64,000 nt of DNA from Pedosphaera sp. (GTDB lineage: Bacteria > Verrucomicrobiota > Verrucomicrobiia > Limisphaerales > SIBH01). Positions within the stretch are counted from its first letter, which is position 1, and each line of letters begins with the position of its first letter. Under the pieces are notes generated by a model. The model was not told the origin of the DNA, made no database searches, and saw only the letters and a list, made by a program, of their open reading frames with translations. The stretch lies in the NCBI GenBank assembly GCA_031414955.1, contig JANOQV010000210.1, positions 1 to 64,000 on the forward strand, read 5' to 3'. Shown here piece by piece: positions 1 through 9,253 of the stretch. Both the position numbers and the translations under genes were made by a program.

Positions 1-1434
1 CGCGTGCGTGCTGAAGCGCATCTGATATTTTTCGAGGCCGAAGATTTTGAAATACTTCAGATACATGTCGTTCACGGCGCGGAACTCGTCGGCGAACTGC
101 TCCTCGGTGCAATAGATGTGGGCGTCGTTCATGTTGAGCGAACGCACGCGCATGAGGCCGAACAACTCGCCGCTCTGCTCGTAACGATAGCAAGTGCCGT
201 ATTCCGCGAGGCGCAACGGCAAATCGCGATAACTGTGCGGTTCAGCCGCAAAAATGCGGTGATGATGCGGACAGTTCATGGCTTTGAGGTAATAGCGGTC
301 CGGCTCGTTGACTTGCGCCCACTTGAGCGAAGAGAACAGACGAACAAGCGCGACGTTATCCACCAATCCAGCCTGAGTTTTTTCAGGAAGCTGTTTGAAG
401 GCGCGAACAAACTCTTGAGGGTCTGTTATGTTCTTCGCCTTCAATTCTGGGATTAACGACTCAAAGCTTTGGCGGAGTGACTTATCTGCTTCTGCGATGC
501 TGCGTGCGGAACTCTCAATCGCAAGTTGCTTTTGTCCTTCATCAAAAAGTTCCATCGGTGGGAACATGGACTCCGCGTAGTAAGGCAAGTGACCCGAAGT
601 CGTGTACATTTTTTCGCGCGCGATGTGCGGCGTTTTCACACGCACATAACCGGCGGCGAATTCCGTTTCCTTCGCGAGCGTTTCTAGTTCTTCCAGAATC
701 GCCGTTCCCTTTGGCAACCATAACGCCAGTCCCGGCCCGACATATTCGGTGTCCAATGCGAACAGCCCCATCTCCGCGCCGATCTTGCGATGGTCGCGGC
801 GCTTCGCCTCTTCGAGCATTTTGAAATACTCATCGAGCTGCGTCTTGTTTTTGAACGCGGTTCCGTAAATGCGCTGGAGCTGCGGCCCCTTCTCGTCGCC
901 CTTGTAGTAGGCCGCCGCCACCGTCGTCAGCTTGAAGGCCCCGATGTTGCCCGTCCGCATGACGTGCGGCCCGGCGCAGAGATCGAGGAAGTCGCCGTTC
1001 TGAAAATACGAGATGGCTTCGCCCTCGGGAATCTGCGCGATGAGATCGAGCTTGAATTTGCTCACGTTGCCGGGGCGCTCGGCCAATCCGCCGAGCCGAC
1101 CGCTCTGCGCGTCCTTGATGGCCTGTTCGCGCGGCACTTCGATCTTTTGGAAGACGTTGTTGGCCTTGATCTCCTTCTTCATCTCCTCCTCGATGCGCGC
1201 AAAATCCTCCTGTGAGATGCGATGCGGCATCTCAAGGTCGTAGTAGAACCCAGTCTCGACGGGCGGCCCGTACGCGAGCTGGGCCTCGGGCCAGATGCGG
1301 AGGACGGCGGTCGCGAAGACATGCGCGCACGAATGCCGGAGGCGTTCGAGGTCGGACATCTTGTTGCGGTCGTCGAGCGTCTTGCGCTCGGGGTTCGGTT
1401 GCTCGGGCTGCGTGGTTTGATTTTCTTCGGCCAT
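1..1434 (-). CDS. thrS: Threonine--tRNA ligase (5' part; runs off the left edge), with an about 80-aa in-frame insert
   Basis: Hand translation from ATG at 1434 is open to the window edge: LRHSCAHV, GFYYD, DLCAGPHV, LQRIYGTAF, RDHRKIG, TSGHLPYY, YLKAMNCPHH, SYRDLPLRLAEYG, GLMRVR. It is absent from the ORF track because there is no stop inside the window. Confidence 0.97.
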   Translation of the reverse strand, partial: MAEENQTTQPEQPNPERKTLDDRNKMSDLERLRHSCAHVFATAVLRIWPEAQLAYGPPVETGFYYDLEMPHRISQEDFARIEEEMKKEIKANNVFQKIEVPREQAIKDAQSGRLGGLAERPGNVSKFKLDLIAQIPEGEAISYFQNGDFLDLCAGPHVMRTGNIGAFKLTTVAAAYYKGDEKGPQLQRIYGTAFKNKTQLDEYFKMLEEAKRRDHRKIGAEMGLFALDTEYVGPGLALWLPKGTAILEELETLAKETEFAAGYVRVKTPHIAREKMYTTSGHLPYYAESMFPPMELFDEGQKQLAIESSARSIAEADKSLRQSFESLIPELKAKNITDPQEFVRAFKQLPEKTQAGLVDNVALVRLFSSLKWAQVNEPDRYYLKAMNCPHHHRIFAAEPHSYRDLPLRLAEYGTCYRYEQSGELFGLMRVRSLNMNDAHIYCTEEQFADEFRAVNDMYLKYFKIFGLEKYQMRFSTHA

Positions 1435-1514
1435 AAAATTGTGGCCGGGACGATGGCAGAACAAAAATCTGAAAGCCAGCGCAGGAATTCTTCCGGGCGC
1501 AGGCCGTTCAGTCA

Positions 1515-1690
1515 GAGCCGGTCTGAAAAGTCGGTCCCGGAGATCGCCCGTCCTCGGGCGCAGCAGTCCGCTGACGCCGGGCGCGTTGGACCCTCCCAGC
1601 TCTCCAGGCTTTCGCACGTTGCTGCGCCCGGGGACGGGCGCACTCCGGGACCGGCGGCCTTTGCTTCCAGGCGACTTTTTAGACAGGCTC
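1515..1690. mobile_element. MITE-like element with 19-bp terminal inverted repeats, TCA target-site duplication and an internal REP-like palindrome
   Basis: Left end GAGCCGGTCTGAAAAGTCG matches the reverse complement of the right end, GAGCCTGTCTAAAAAGTCG, at 17/19. TCA flanks both ends (1512-1514, 1691-1693). Inner inverted repeat: CGCCCGTCCTCGGGCGCAGCA / TGCTGCGCCCGGGGACGGGCG. Confidence 0.7.
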
Positions 1691-1930
1691 TCAGACCGCG
1701 CCCTCAATTAACCCAGGCATCTGGTGCAAGCGGGCAGCGGAAGTGGAAAGTGCGCTTGAGCAATGTTGACTCGGGCCCATGAGTAAGGCGCATCGAGCAG
1801 TGGGATGTGATTGGGAGTGAGGTTCACTGCGGCTGGTTTCCCTCTCCTCTCAACGAGGGGGGAGATCTTGCGCGCGCGGTGGCGGAGGATTGAGCGCGCA
1901 TTTCTCAGCGAGTTCCGGATTAATTGCGCC

Positions 1931-3430
1931 ATGCGTTCCTATGGCCGGGCGGTGATTTTGTTCGTGTGCTTGTGGCTGCCACTCTCGGTGGCGATGGCCG
2001 CCGCTGACTCACCCCGTCCGAATATCGTGCTCATCCTCGCCGACGACCTCGGCTACGCCGATCTTGGCTGCTTCGGGGCCAAGGACATCCGCACGCCAAA
2101 CCTCGACCGGCTCGCGGCGCAGGGTCTGCGCTGCACCAGCTTCTACGTCGCGCAGGCGGTTTGCACGGCGAGCCGCGCGGCGCTCCTGAGCGGCAGCTAC
2201 CCGAACCGGATCGGACTGGCCGGCGCGTTGAACCACACGAGCCGCAACGGCCTTCACCCCGACGAATGGTTGCTGCCCGAGATGCTCCAGGCGCGCGGCT
2301 ACGCGACGGCTTGCGTGGGCAAATGGCACCTCGGCACCGTGCCCAGCCTCCGGGCCACGCGCCACGGATTCGACGAATGGCTCGGCATCCCCTACTCGAA
2401 TGACAACTCGAAGTTCCACCCCGTGCTGGCGGCGGAAATGCCCCCGCTGCCGCTCATGGACGGCGACACCGTGGTGGAGTCCGATGCCGATCAGAGCAGC
2501 TTCACCCGCCGCTTCACCGAGCGCGCCGTGTCCTTCATTGAGCGCCACGCCCGGCAGCCTTTCTTCCTCTACCTGCCACACGTCATGCCGCATGTGCCAA
2601 TCTTTGCCTCGGAGCAATTCAAGGGACGCTCGAAACGCGGACTCTACGGCGATGTCGTGGAGGAACTGGATTGGTCGGTCGGCGAAATCCTTGCCACCCT
2701 GGACCGGCTGAAGCTGGCCGAAAACACGCTGGTGATTTTCTTCTCCGACAACGGCCCGTGGCTCAGCTATGGGGAACATGCCGGCTCCGCGAAGCCGGGG
2801 CGCGAAGGCAAGCTCACCACCTTCGAAGGCGGCGTGCGCGTGCCGCTCATCGTGCGCTGGCCCGGCCAGGTGCCCGCCGGCCGCGTGAGCGACGAACCGT
2901 TCATGGCCATCGACTGGCTGCCCACGTTGACGGAACTGGCCGGCGGGAAACTTCCCGGCCGCAAAATCGACGGTCTCAACGTGAAGCCGCTGCTGCTCGG
3001 TGCGGCGGGCGCGAAGTCTCCGCACGAGGCGCTGTTCTTCTACGCGGGCGACGAATTGCACGCCCTCCGCAGCGGCGACTGGAAACTTCACTTCCCGCAC
3101 CCTTATCTGACGACCTCCGGGGAACCTGGCCGCGCGGGCAAGCCTTCGAACTGGGGACAGGCCGCGCCGCGTTCCATCCAGGATTCCAGCATGGACGCCA
3201 TCGCCAGCCGCCACGGCCAACGCGTGGCGCAATTGGAACTGTCCCTGTTCAATCTTCGCGCGGACCCCGGCGAGACCACGAACGTGGCCGCGCAACATCC
3301 AGGCCTCGTCGCGCGCCTCAGCCAGCTTGCGGAACCGATGCGCGCCGATTTGGGTGACTCGCTCACCGGCGTCAAGGGCGCCGGCCGTCGCCCGGCGGGG
3401 TTTGAACCGGCCAAGCCAGCCTTGAAATGA
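1931..3430 (+). CDS. Secreted arylsulfatase-family sulfatase
   Basis: Signal peptide, PNIVLILADDLGYADL, CTASRAALLSG (formylglycine motif variant), GKWHLG, SDNGPW. Confidence 0.93.
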   Translation: MRSYGRAVILFVCLWLPLSVAMAAADSPRPNIVLILADDLGYADLGCFGAKDIRTPNLDRLAAQGLRCTSFYVAQAVCTASRAALLSGSYPNRIGLAGALNHTSRNGLHPDEWLLPEMLQARGYATACVGKWHLGTVPSLRATRHGFDEWLGIPYSNDNSKFHPVLAAEMPPLPLMDGDTVVESDADQSSFTRRFTERAVSFIERHARQPFFLYLPHVMPHVPIFASEQFKGRSKRGLYGDVVEELDWSVGEILATLDRLKLAENTLVIFFSDNGPWLSYGEHAGSAKPGREGKLTTFEGGVRVPLIVRWPGQVPAGRVSDEPFMAIDWLPTLTELAGGKLPGRKIDGLNVKPLLLGAAGAKSPHEALFFYAGDELHALRSGDWKLHFPHPYLTTSGEPGRAGKPSNWGQAAPRSIQDSSMDAIASRHGQRVAQLELSLFNLRADPGETTNVAAQHPGLVARLSQLAEPMRADLGDSLTGVKGAGRRPAGFEPAKPALK

Positions 3431-3573
3431 TCCGGTCCTGACTGCGCCGGCCCGACAAGACCGCAGGCCAAACTGATTTCACCAGCACCATTGGCCCCGC
3501 GAACCGGGACGGGAGATCGGTGCCCCGGTTCGGCACGCATGAGCATTCGCCAGCAGATCCTCTCCGCCCGCCG

Positions 3574-3890
3574 TCATGGCGCTTGCAACCGGTAGAAGCG
3601 CTGGCCGTTGGTGGGAGCGGGCCGTGGGGCCAGCCAGTGGCCATGGGAGAACACCGGCTCAATCCCGACGGGGGTCCAACCGACGGGCGGGGCAAGGTTC
3701 GTGGCCCGTCGAGCTGGAAGTAGCTGGCGTGCCGCGGCCACGAGAGCACCAGACTTCCTCCCGTGGAGGAGGCAGCCATGACCGGCGTGTTGGAAATCAA
3801 CGCGCGGCCGGTTCGCCCGAAGTTAAAGCTGAGCTCGCTGCGGTTGGTGCGGTCCTGATGCCCTTCGACCGCGAGCATGTTCCAGCCCTC
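3574..3890 (-). pseudogene. Remnant 3' end of a secreted PVC-type protein ending in an FYRL motif, frameshifted and lacking its 5' part
   Basis: Minus strand reads NMLAVEGHQ...LVLSWPRHASYFQLD, shifts frame near 3708, then ATNLAPPVGWTPVGIEPVFS...TNGQRFYRLQAP-stop (TGA 3574-3576). It is cut off at the repeat cluster. Confidence 0.6.
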
Positions 3891-3953
3891 ACCCTGGGAA
3901 ATCAGCCCGGGATTTGTCCCAACCCTGTAGGGGTTGCCGCCGCGCTCCGACCA

Positions 3954-4429
3954 GTGATGCAACCCCGTTGGGGTTCGGAAAGAGTGCCGCCGCCTTTGCC
4001 GTTGCCAAGGGCGGGGGGCGCTGGTCTGATGCGCCGCATGAACCGGGCGGATGATCAGCGTCTTCCCGAAATGGCACGGCACCGAGAAGCGGCGAAAAGT
4101 GAGGCGGCAGGTCTCCTGATTCCCCAATCCCAAAGGGATTGCATCACATAGCCCAGAGTTGCGAGGCACGAGCTACCCTGGGTCAGGCGGAGAGAAATGT
4201 TTCAACCCTGAAGGGGTTGCATCGTGGCGCTGTGCATGGTCGTGATGCAACCCCTTCAGGGTTGGTGAATCCTGATGGCCGATCGCCCAGGGTAGCTCGT
4301 CCGACTCGCAACCCTTGGGCTATGTGATGGAACCCCGTTGGGGTTCGGAAAGAGTGCCGCCGCCTTTGCCGTTGCCAAGGGTGGGGACCGCCGGTCTGAT
4401 GCGCCGCATGAACCGGGCGGATCATCAGC
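3954..4429. repeat. Composite REP/REPIN-like cluster: two about 106-bp direct repeats flanking and partly overlapping an about 220-bp inverted-repeat pair
   Basis: 3954-4059 and 4324-4429 are near-identical (GTGATG.AACCCCGTTGGGGTTCGGAAAGAGTGCCGCC...CATGAACCGGGCGGAT.ATCAGC). About 4126-4223 is the near reverse complement of about 4244-4345. Confidence 0.85.
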
Positions 4430-4467
4430 CGAACCCCGAACAGGCGCGGCGGCGGGGATTCCCTCAT

Positions 4468-4959
4468 TTATTCCCACGCCGTCATCCTATCGTGATTGAA
4501 GTTGATGACATCGACCCCACGATTCAGCAACAAGCCATACAAAGGGAGTTCAGCAGTCAGTACCAGATAGCTTCCGGGCGCGATCATGCTGATGGCCGTG
4601 TCAGTCAGACCGAAGCGAACGAAGTGCTCGTGCCTGCCGATGTCGGCGGCGGGCCTGGACTGCTCCGAAAAGGTTTCGAGGACGCGGCCAAACATCGCGC
4701 GGAATTCCGTGTCCAAGGGATGCGGCAACCTCCCGGCCAAATTCGATACTTCGGTCAAAATGTGAGGAGTCGTGATGATCTTGTCGAACTGGCTGACCAA
4801 AAGCGCCAAGCGGTCGAAATCGTCCTGGGTAAAATTCTTCGTGGCCCGGCAGTGGGGAAGATACTTGGGGTCGAGCCGGCCGACCAGCAGGCCGATCAGC
4901 AAGTTGGCGTCAATCAGCACGCCCTTGCTCCGGTACTTCCCGATGAGAGAAGCCGTCAT
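4468..4959 (-). CDS. PIN-domain protein (putative RNase toxin)
   Basis: N-terminal VLIDANLL, TTPHILTEVSNL and FGLTD carry PIN-type acidic residues. Confidence 0.75.
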   Translation of the reverse strand: MTASLIGKYRSKGVLIDANLLIGLLVGRLDPKYLPHCRATKNFTQDDFDRLALLVSQFDKIITTPHILTEVSNLAGRLPHPLDTEFRAMFGRVLETFSEQSRPAADIGRHEHFVRFGLTDTAISMIAPGSYLVLTAELPLYGLLLNRGVDVINFNHDRMTAWE

Positions 4960-4968
4960 CAAAGCACC

Positions 4969-5289
4969 TCAGCCAATGGTGCGAATCTTCATTGAGGTGA
5001 CCTTGCCGGAAGTCGCGGAGACTTTGAACGTCTTGTATTTCCGGTGGGGCGGCGTGCCGAAGATGTCCGCCATTTTGCCTCCCAAGGCATTCACCGGTCG
5101 TTCAAAATCAAAGCCAATGGTCACCAGCCAATACTGTTCATCTTCGCTCTCCTCCAATTCTTCGAGGAGCACATTGCGGTGAGTAGGGTGCGGGAAAAAT
5201 TCACCAAAGTATTTCAAGGCGGCGGCCACGGCTTGCTTCGCGCCGATCTTCTTCGCATGTCCCTCTGCCGATTTTGTCGCCGTGCTCAT
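4969..5289 (-). CDS. Small hypothetical protein co-oriented upstream of the PIN gene (putative antitoxin or partner)
   Basis: 106-aa ORF with LEELE...WLVTIGF...YKTFKV, ending 9 bp before the PIN gene. Confidence 0.7.
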   Translation of the reverse strand: MSTATKSAEGHAKKIGAKQAVAAALKYFGEFFPHPTHRNVLLEELEESEDEQYWLVTIGFDFERPVNALGGKMADIFGTPPHRKYKTFKVSATSGKVTSMKIRTIG

Positions 5290-5430
5290 GTCATGGAGTG
5301 TTCACAGAACTGCCCATTCAGTCAAACCGTCATCTGGATTTCATCAATTCTAGTCCGAATTTGCTGAGGTGCTTGCCGCCCACAGAACTTCTTGTCCCGC
5401 CGCCGTCCCCTTCGCTACCTTGCGCCCGCC

Positions 5431-6580
5431 ATGTTTGAACCGATTCGTGTCCAGATTGACGCCGCCGCCCAGAAGACCGCCCAGTTGCGGAGGTTTCTTT
5501 GACGTCCCCAGCGCGCAAAGGCGCCTGAGCGAACTGGATTCCTTGATGGCCGGGGAGTCCTTCTGGAACAACCGCGAGCAGGCCCAAAAACTCATCGACG
5601 AGTCGTCCACCCTGCACAAACGCATCGACCCGCTCCTCGCCGCCGAGAAGCAGCTTGAGGATTTCCGCGTGCTGACCGAGCTGGCCGAGGGCGAGCCGGT
5701 CGAGGAACAGCTTCCCCACCAACTGGAACTCGAACGCGAACTCGCCAAACTCGCGCACACGCTGGACAACTTCGAACTGCGCGTGCTGCTCAATGGCCCG
5801 CACGACGGGCGCGACGCCATCTTCAGCATCCAGGCCGGCGCGGGCGGCACGGAGGCGCAGGATTGGGCGGAAATGCTTTCGCGCATGTACGGCCGGTGGT
5901 TCGACAGCCGCTGCTGGAAGTGGGAGGTGACGGATGCGCTGGCCGGGGATTCGGCGGGGTTGAAGAGCGTGACCTTCCGCGTGGTGGGCGAGAACGCCTA
6001 CGGTTTCTGCAAGGCGGAGCGCGGGGTGCATCGCCTGGTGCGCATCTCGCCCTTCGACTCGAACAAGCGGCGGCATACGAGCTTCTCCAGCGTGGATGTG
6101 ATCGCGGAGTTGAGCGACATCGTGCAGTCGGACATCGTGATCCCGAAGACGGAGATCCGGCGCGACACGTTCCGCTCCGGCGGCAAGGGCGGCCAGAACG
6201 TGAACAAGGTCGAGACGGCAGTGCGGTTGACGCACATCCCGACCGGACTCGTGGCCGCCTCGCAAGCCCAGCGCAGCCAGGTGCAGAACGAAGCCACCGC
6301 GATGGCCATGCTCGTCTCGAAGCTCTACGCCTTGAAGCTCGACGAGGCGAAGGGCGACATGGAGCGTTTCTACGGCGAGAAAGGCAGCGTGAGCTGGGGC
6401 AACCAGATTCGCAGCTACGTCTTCCAGCCCTATCGCATGGTCAAGGACCTCCGCACCGGCGTGCAAACGAGCGATGTGCAGCGGGTGATGGATGGGGATT
6501 TGGATGCGTATGTGAACGCGTGGCTGCGCGCGGGTTGTCCGATGAAGCGGATGCAGGGGGTGAAGGATGAAGAGGAATAA
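5431..6580 (+). CDS. prfB: Peptide chain release factor 2 with a programmed +1 frameshift
   Basis: ATG 5431 MFEPIRVQ...LRRFL, then CTT-TGA-C at 5497-5503, preceded by an internal SD GGAGG. The downstream frame has the SPF and GGQ motifs. Confidence 0.97.
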
Positions 6581-6582
6581 AC

Positions 6583-6710
6583 ACCAAGATCCAAGATCCA
6601 AGATCCAGAGAAGCGCCAAGCATCAAGATCCAAAGGCGGGTGTTCGGAGCGAATGGTGTTTGGGGCTTGGAGCTTGGCGCTTCTCTGGATCTTGGTTCTT
6701 GGATCTTGGT
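6583..6710. repeat. Palindromic element built of 7-mer tandem repeats (CAAGATC)n ... (GATCTTG)n
   Basis: CCAAGATCCAAGATCCAAGATCCAGAGAAGCGCCAAGC is mirrored by GCTTGGCGCTTCTCTGGATCTTGGTTCTTGGATCTTGG. Confidence 0.9.
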
Positions 6711-6721
6711 TCTTTTCCCCC

Positions 6722-7519
6722 ATGAACATCCTCGACACCATCGTTGAACAGAAGAGGCGCGAGGTCGCCGCGCTGCCAAGACGCACCGTCACCGTCGCTT
6801 CGCTGAAGAAGGCGCTGACCAAGCGCGGGGATCATCGCGGGTTCAATTGCGCGCTGCGGCATCCCCGGCGTGGCTCCGTGGCGCTCATCGCTGAGGTGAA
6901 GAAGGCGTCGCCGTCGGCCGGCGTCATTCGCCCGGACTTCGACCCTGTGCTCATTGCCAAACAATACGAGGCGGCAGGTGCGAGCTGCCTTTCGGTGCTG
7001 ACGGACGAGAAGTTCTTCCAAGGTTCGCTCGATTACCTGAAGCAGATTCGCGCCGCAGTGAAACTTCCGTTGCTGCGCAAGGATTTCATCATCGACCAGC
7101 GCCAGATTCTCGAAGCCATCGAGTGGGGCGCGGATGCGATTCTACTCATCGTGGCGATTCTCTCGGACGCGCAGTTGAAACAGTTCCACGACCTCGCCAC
7201 GGAAGCCGGCCTCGCCGTGCTGGTGGAGGTCCACGACAAGGAGGAACTGGAGCGCGCCCTCGCCATCGACGTCCGCCTGCTCGGTGTGAACAACCGCAAT
7301 CTGAAGACTTTCAAAGTCGATCTCGCGACTACAGAGACGCTGGCCGTCCAGGTCTTTACCGCGCGCGGAGCAGGCGATGTGGTGCTCGTAGCCGAGAGCG
7401 GCATTCACACGCGCGCGGACGTGGACCGTGTGGCCCGGGCCGGAGCGAGCGCGATTCTGGTCGGTGAGTCATTGATGCGCGGCGACATCGCGAGCAAGGC
7501 GGCGGAGTTGATTGCTTAA
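6722..7519 (+). CDS. trpC: Indole-3-glycerol phosphate synthase
   Basis: IAEVKKASPSAG, LSVLTDEKFFQGS, LRKDFII, GVNNRNL, VAESGI. Confidence 0.96.
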   Translation: MNILDTIVEQKRREVAALPRRTVTVASLKKALTKRGDHRGFNCALRHPRRGSVALIAEVKKASPSAGVIRPDFDPVLIAKQYEAAGASCLSVLTDEKFFQGSLDYLKQIRAAVKLPLLRKDFIIDQRQILEAIEWGADAILLIVAILSDAQLKQFHDLATEAGLAVLVEVHDKEELERALAIDVRLLGVNNRNLKTFKVDLATTETLAVQVFTARGAGDVVLVAESGIHTRADVDRVARAGASAILVGESLMRGDIASKAAELIA

Positions 7520-7639
7520 CGTGCGACCAGTTTGCCCGCGCTCCGCATGGTGGTGGCGGTAAAGAGCACTTTCTCCTGGAGGGCCGGGCTGAGGTGTTGC
7601 GCGAGGTTCACCTGCTCATCGCCTTCGCGACCAAGGGCA

Positions 7640-9043
7640 TCAACTGATGCCATCAAATCGCCCGGTGGAATCACCCAGCCGTTCCACGCCTTGCGCGCCC
7701 ATGCGGTCGGCCATGCTGAGGAGCATGTTGCTCATGGGCACACCGCCGGATTTAACGACGCGGCCGGGAGTCAGCCCACCGCCCGCGCCACCCGCCAAAA
7801 TCACTGGCAGGTTGCTGTGGGAATGGCGGTTGGCATCCGCGTGACCGCTGCCATAGACGATCATCGTGTTGTGCAGGAGAGATTTGCCGTCCACGTCTTT
7901 GGTCCGCTCCATCTTTTCCAGGAACTTGGCGAGTTGTTTCAGGTAGAAGAGGTCGATCTCGGCGACCTTGTCGATCATCTCCTGCTTGCCCTGGTGATGG
8001 GTGAGGAAGTGATGGCCCTCGGCAATGTTGATCTCGGGGAAAGTGCGGTTGCTGCCCTCGTTCGCCAGCAGGAAAGTGGCGACGCGCGTCGAGTCGGTCT
8101 GGAATGAAAGCAGCATCATGTCGAACATCACCTGGATGTATTCCTCGTAGCTCGTGGGCACGCCCGAGGGCGCAGCCACATCTGGATCGGGTGAGGTGCC
8201 GAAGCGTTCCGACTTCTCGATGCGCTTCTCGATCTCGCGCACGCTGCCGAGGTATTCATCGAGCTTGTCCTTGTCACGCGAGGCCATCTGCCGCTGCAAG
8301 GCGCGCGCGTCAGCAAGCACGAAATCCAGGATGGACCGCTGCTGCTGCTGGCGAAGGGTGAGGCTCTGGGCGCGCTCGCCATGATGGCCCGCGCCGAACA
8401 GACGCTCGAAGAGCAGGCGCGGATTCGGCTCGGGCGCGACCGGCTGGGTCGGTGAACGCCAGGCCAGATTGTACTGATAGGCGCAGGAATAACCGGAGTC
8501 GCAGTTGCCTGACTTGCGCACCGCGTCGCAGGTCAGTTCGAGCGATGGGAAGCGGGTGAGGTGCCCGATCTGGTTGGCGATGACCTGATCGATGGAAATG
8601 CCGGCGTGAATGTCCGCGCCCGCCGTTTTCTTGACCCGCACGCCGGTGAGGAACGTGCCGCTGGCCCGGGCGTGATCGCCGGCGCCATCAGGACCAGGTG
8701 TGGCATTGACGTGATCCATGCCGCCGAGGATTTGCAACTGGTGCTTCAGCTTGGTCAGCGGCTCCATGGAGCGGGCCAGTTTGAAGTCCTTGCCTTCGCC
8801 GGTGGGCCACCAGTTCGGCTGAATGGCGCCATTCGGGAAATAGACGAAGGCCGCGCGCAGCGGAGAGCCGGTCGTCGTGGTGGCGAGGTTGGCTGCGCCC
8901 GCGTGAGCCGCCCCCGCGCCCAAGGGCCGCAGCGTTTCAAACGCCGGGAGCGCCAGGCATGCGCCCAGACCCCGCAGAAAATGGCGGCGATTGAAAATCG
9001 CGAGTTTGTCCGCGACTGCATTGCGTTGCTGATTCGTCTTCAT
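7640..9043 (-). CDS. DUF1552 domain protein (Tat-like N-terminus)
   Basis: NRRHFLRGLGACLALP, FVYFPNG, GDHAR, SIDQVIA, CDSGYSCAY, DSTRVAT. Start chosen at ATG 9043. Confidence 0.88.
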   Translation of the reverse strand: MKTNQQRNAVADKLAIFNRRHFLRGLGACLALPAFETLRPLGAGAAHAGAANLATTTTGSPLRAAFVYFPNGAIQPNWWPTGEGKDFKLARSMEPLTKLKHQLQILGGMDHVNATPGPDGAGDHARASGTFLTGVRVKKTAGADIHAGISIDQVIANQIGHLTRFPSLELTCDAVRKSGNCDSGYSCAYQYNLAWRSPTQPVAPEPNPRLLFERLFGAGHHGERAQSLTLRQQQQRSILDFVLADARALQRQMASRDKDKLDEYLGSVREIEKRIEKSERFGTSPDPDVAAPSGVPTSYEEYIQVMFDMMLLSFQTDSTRVATFLLANEGSNRTFPEINIAEGHHFLTHHQGKQEMIDKVAEIDLFYLKQLAKFLEKMERTKDVDGKSLLHNTMIVYGSGHADANRHSHSNLPVILAGGAGGGLTPGRVVKSGGVPMSNMLLSMADRMGAQGVERLGDSTGRFDGIS

Positions 9044-9199
9044 GGTTTTGGTGCCCAAGCGTGTTGTCCGGCTTCATCGGATTGACGCTCCTCAGACCGG
9101 TGGAGTTTCGACATTTATCCTGGGGCCGTCGCGCCGCCGCATTTGGGCCGTCCGCCTCAGGAAATGGGGCGACTGCCCCAGAATGCGCCCACGCAAAGG

Positions 9200-9228
9200 T
9201 TGATACGACCCAGGGCATTGTTTAGGTT
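9200..9228 (+). promoter_or_regulatory. Sigma70-type promoter of grpE
   Basis: TTGATA-N17-TAGGTT, 25 nt before the ATG. Confidence 0.5.
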
Positions 9229-9253
9229 TCCCGCCGCCTTAGGGCAAATCAAC

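Noticed and set aside
301..540. Intein or intron in thrS
   Set aside because: No Cys/Ser start or His-Asn end, too short for a Hint domain, and the frame is continuous with no intron hallmarks.
3889..4477. Short ORFs with duplicated peptides inside the repeat cluster
   Set aside because: They are translations of the DNA repeats, not genes.
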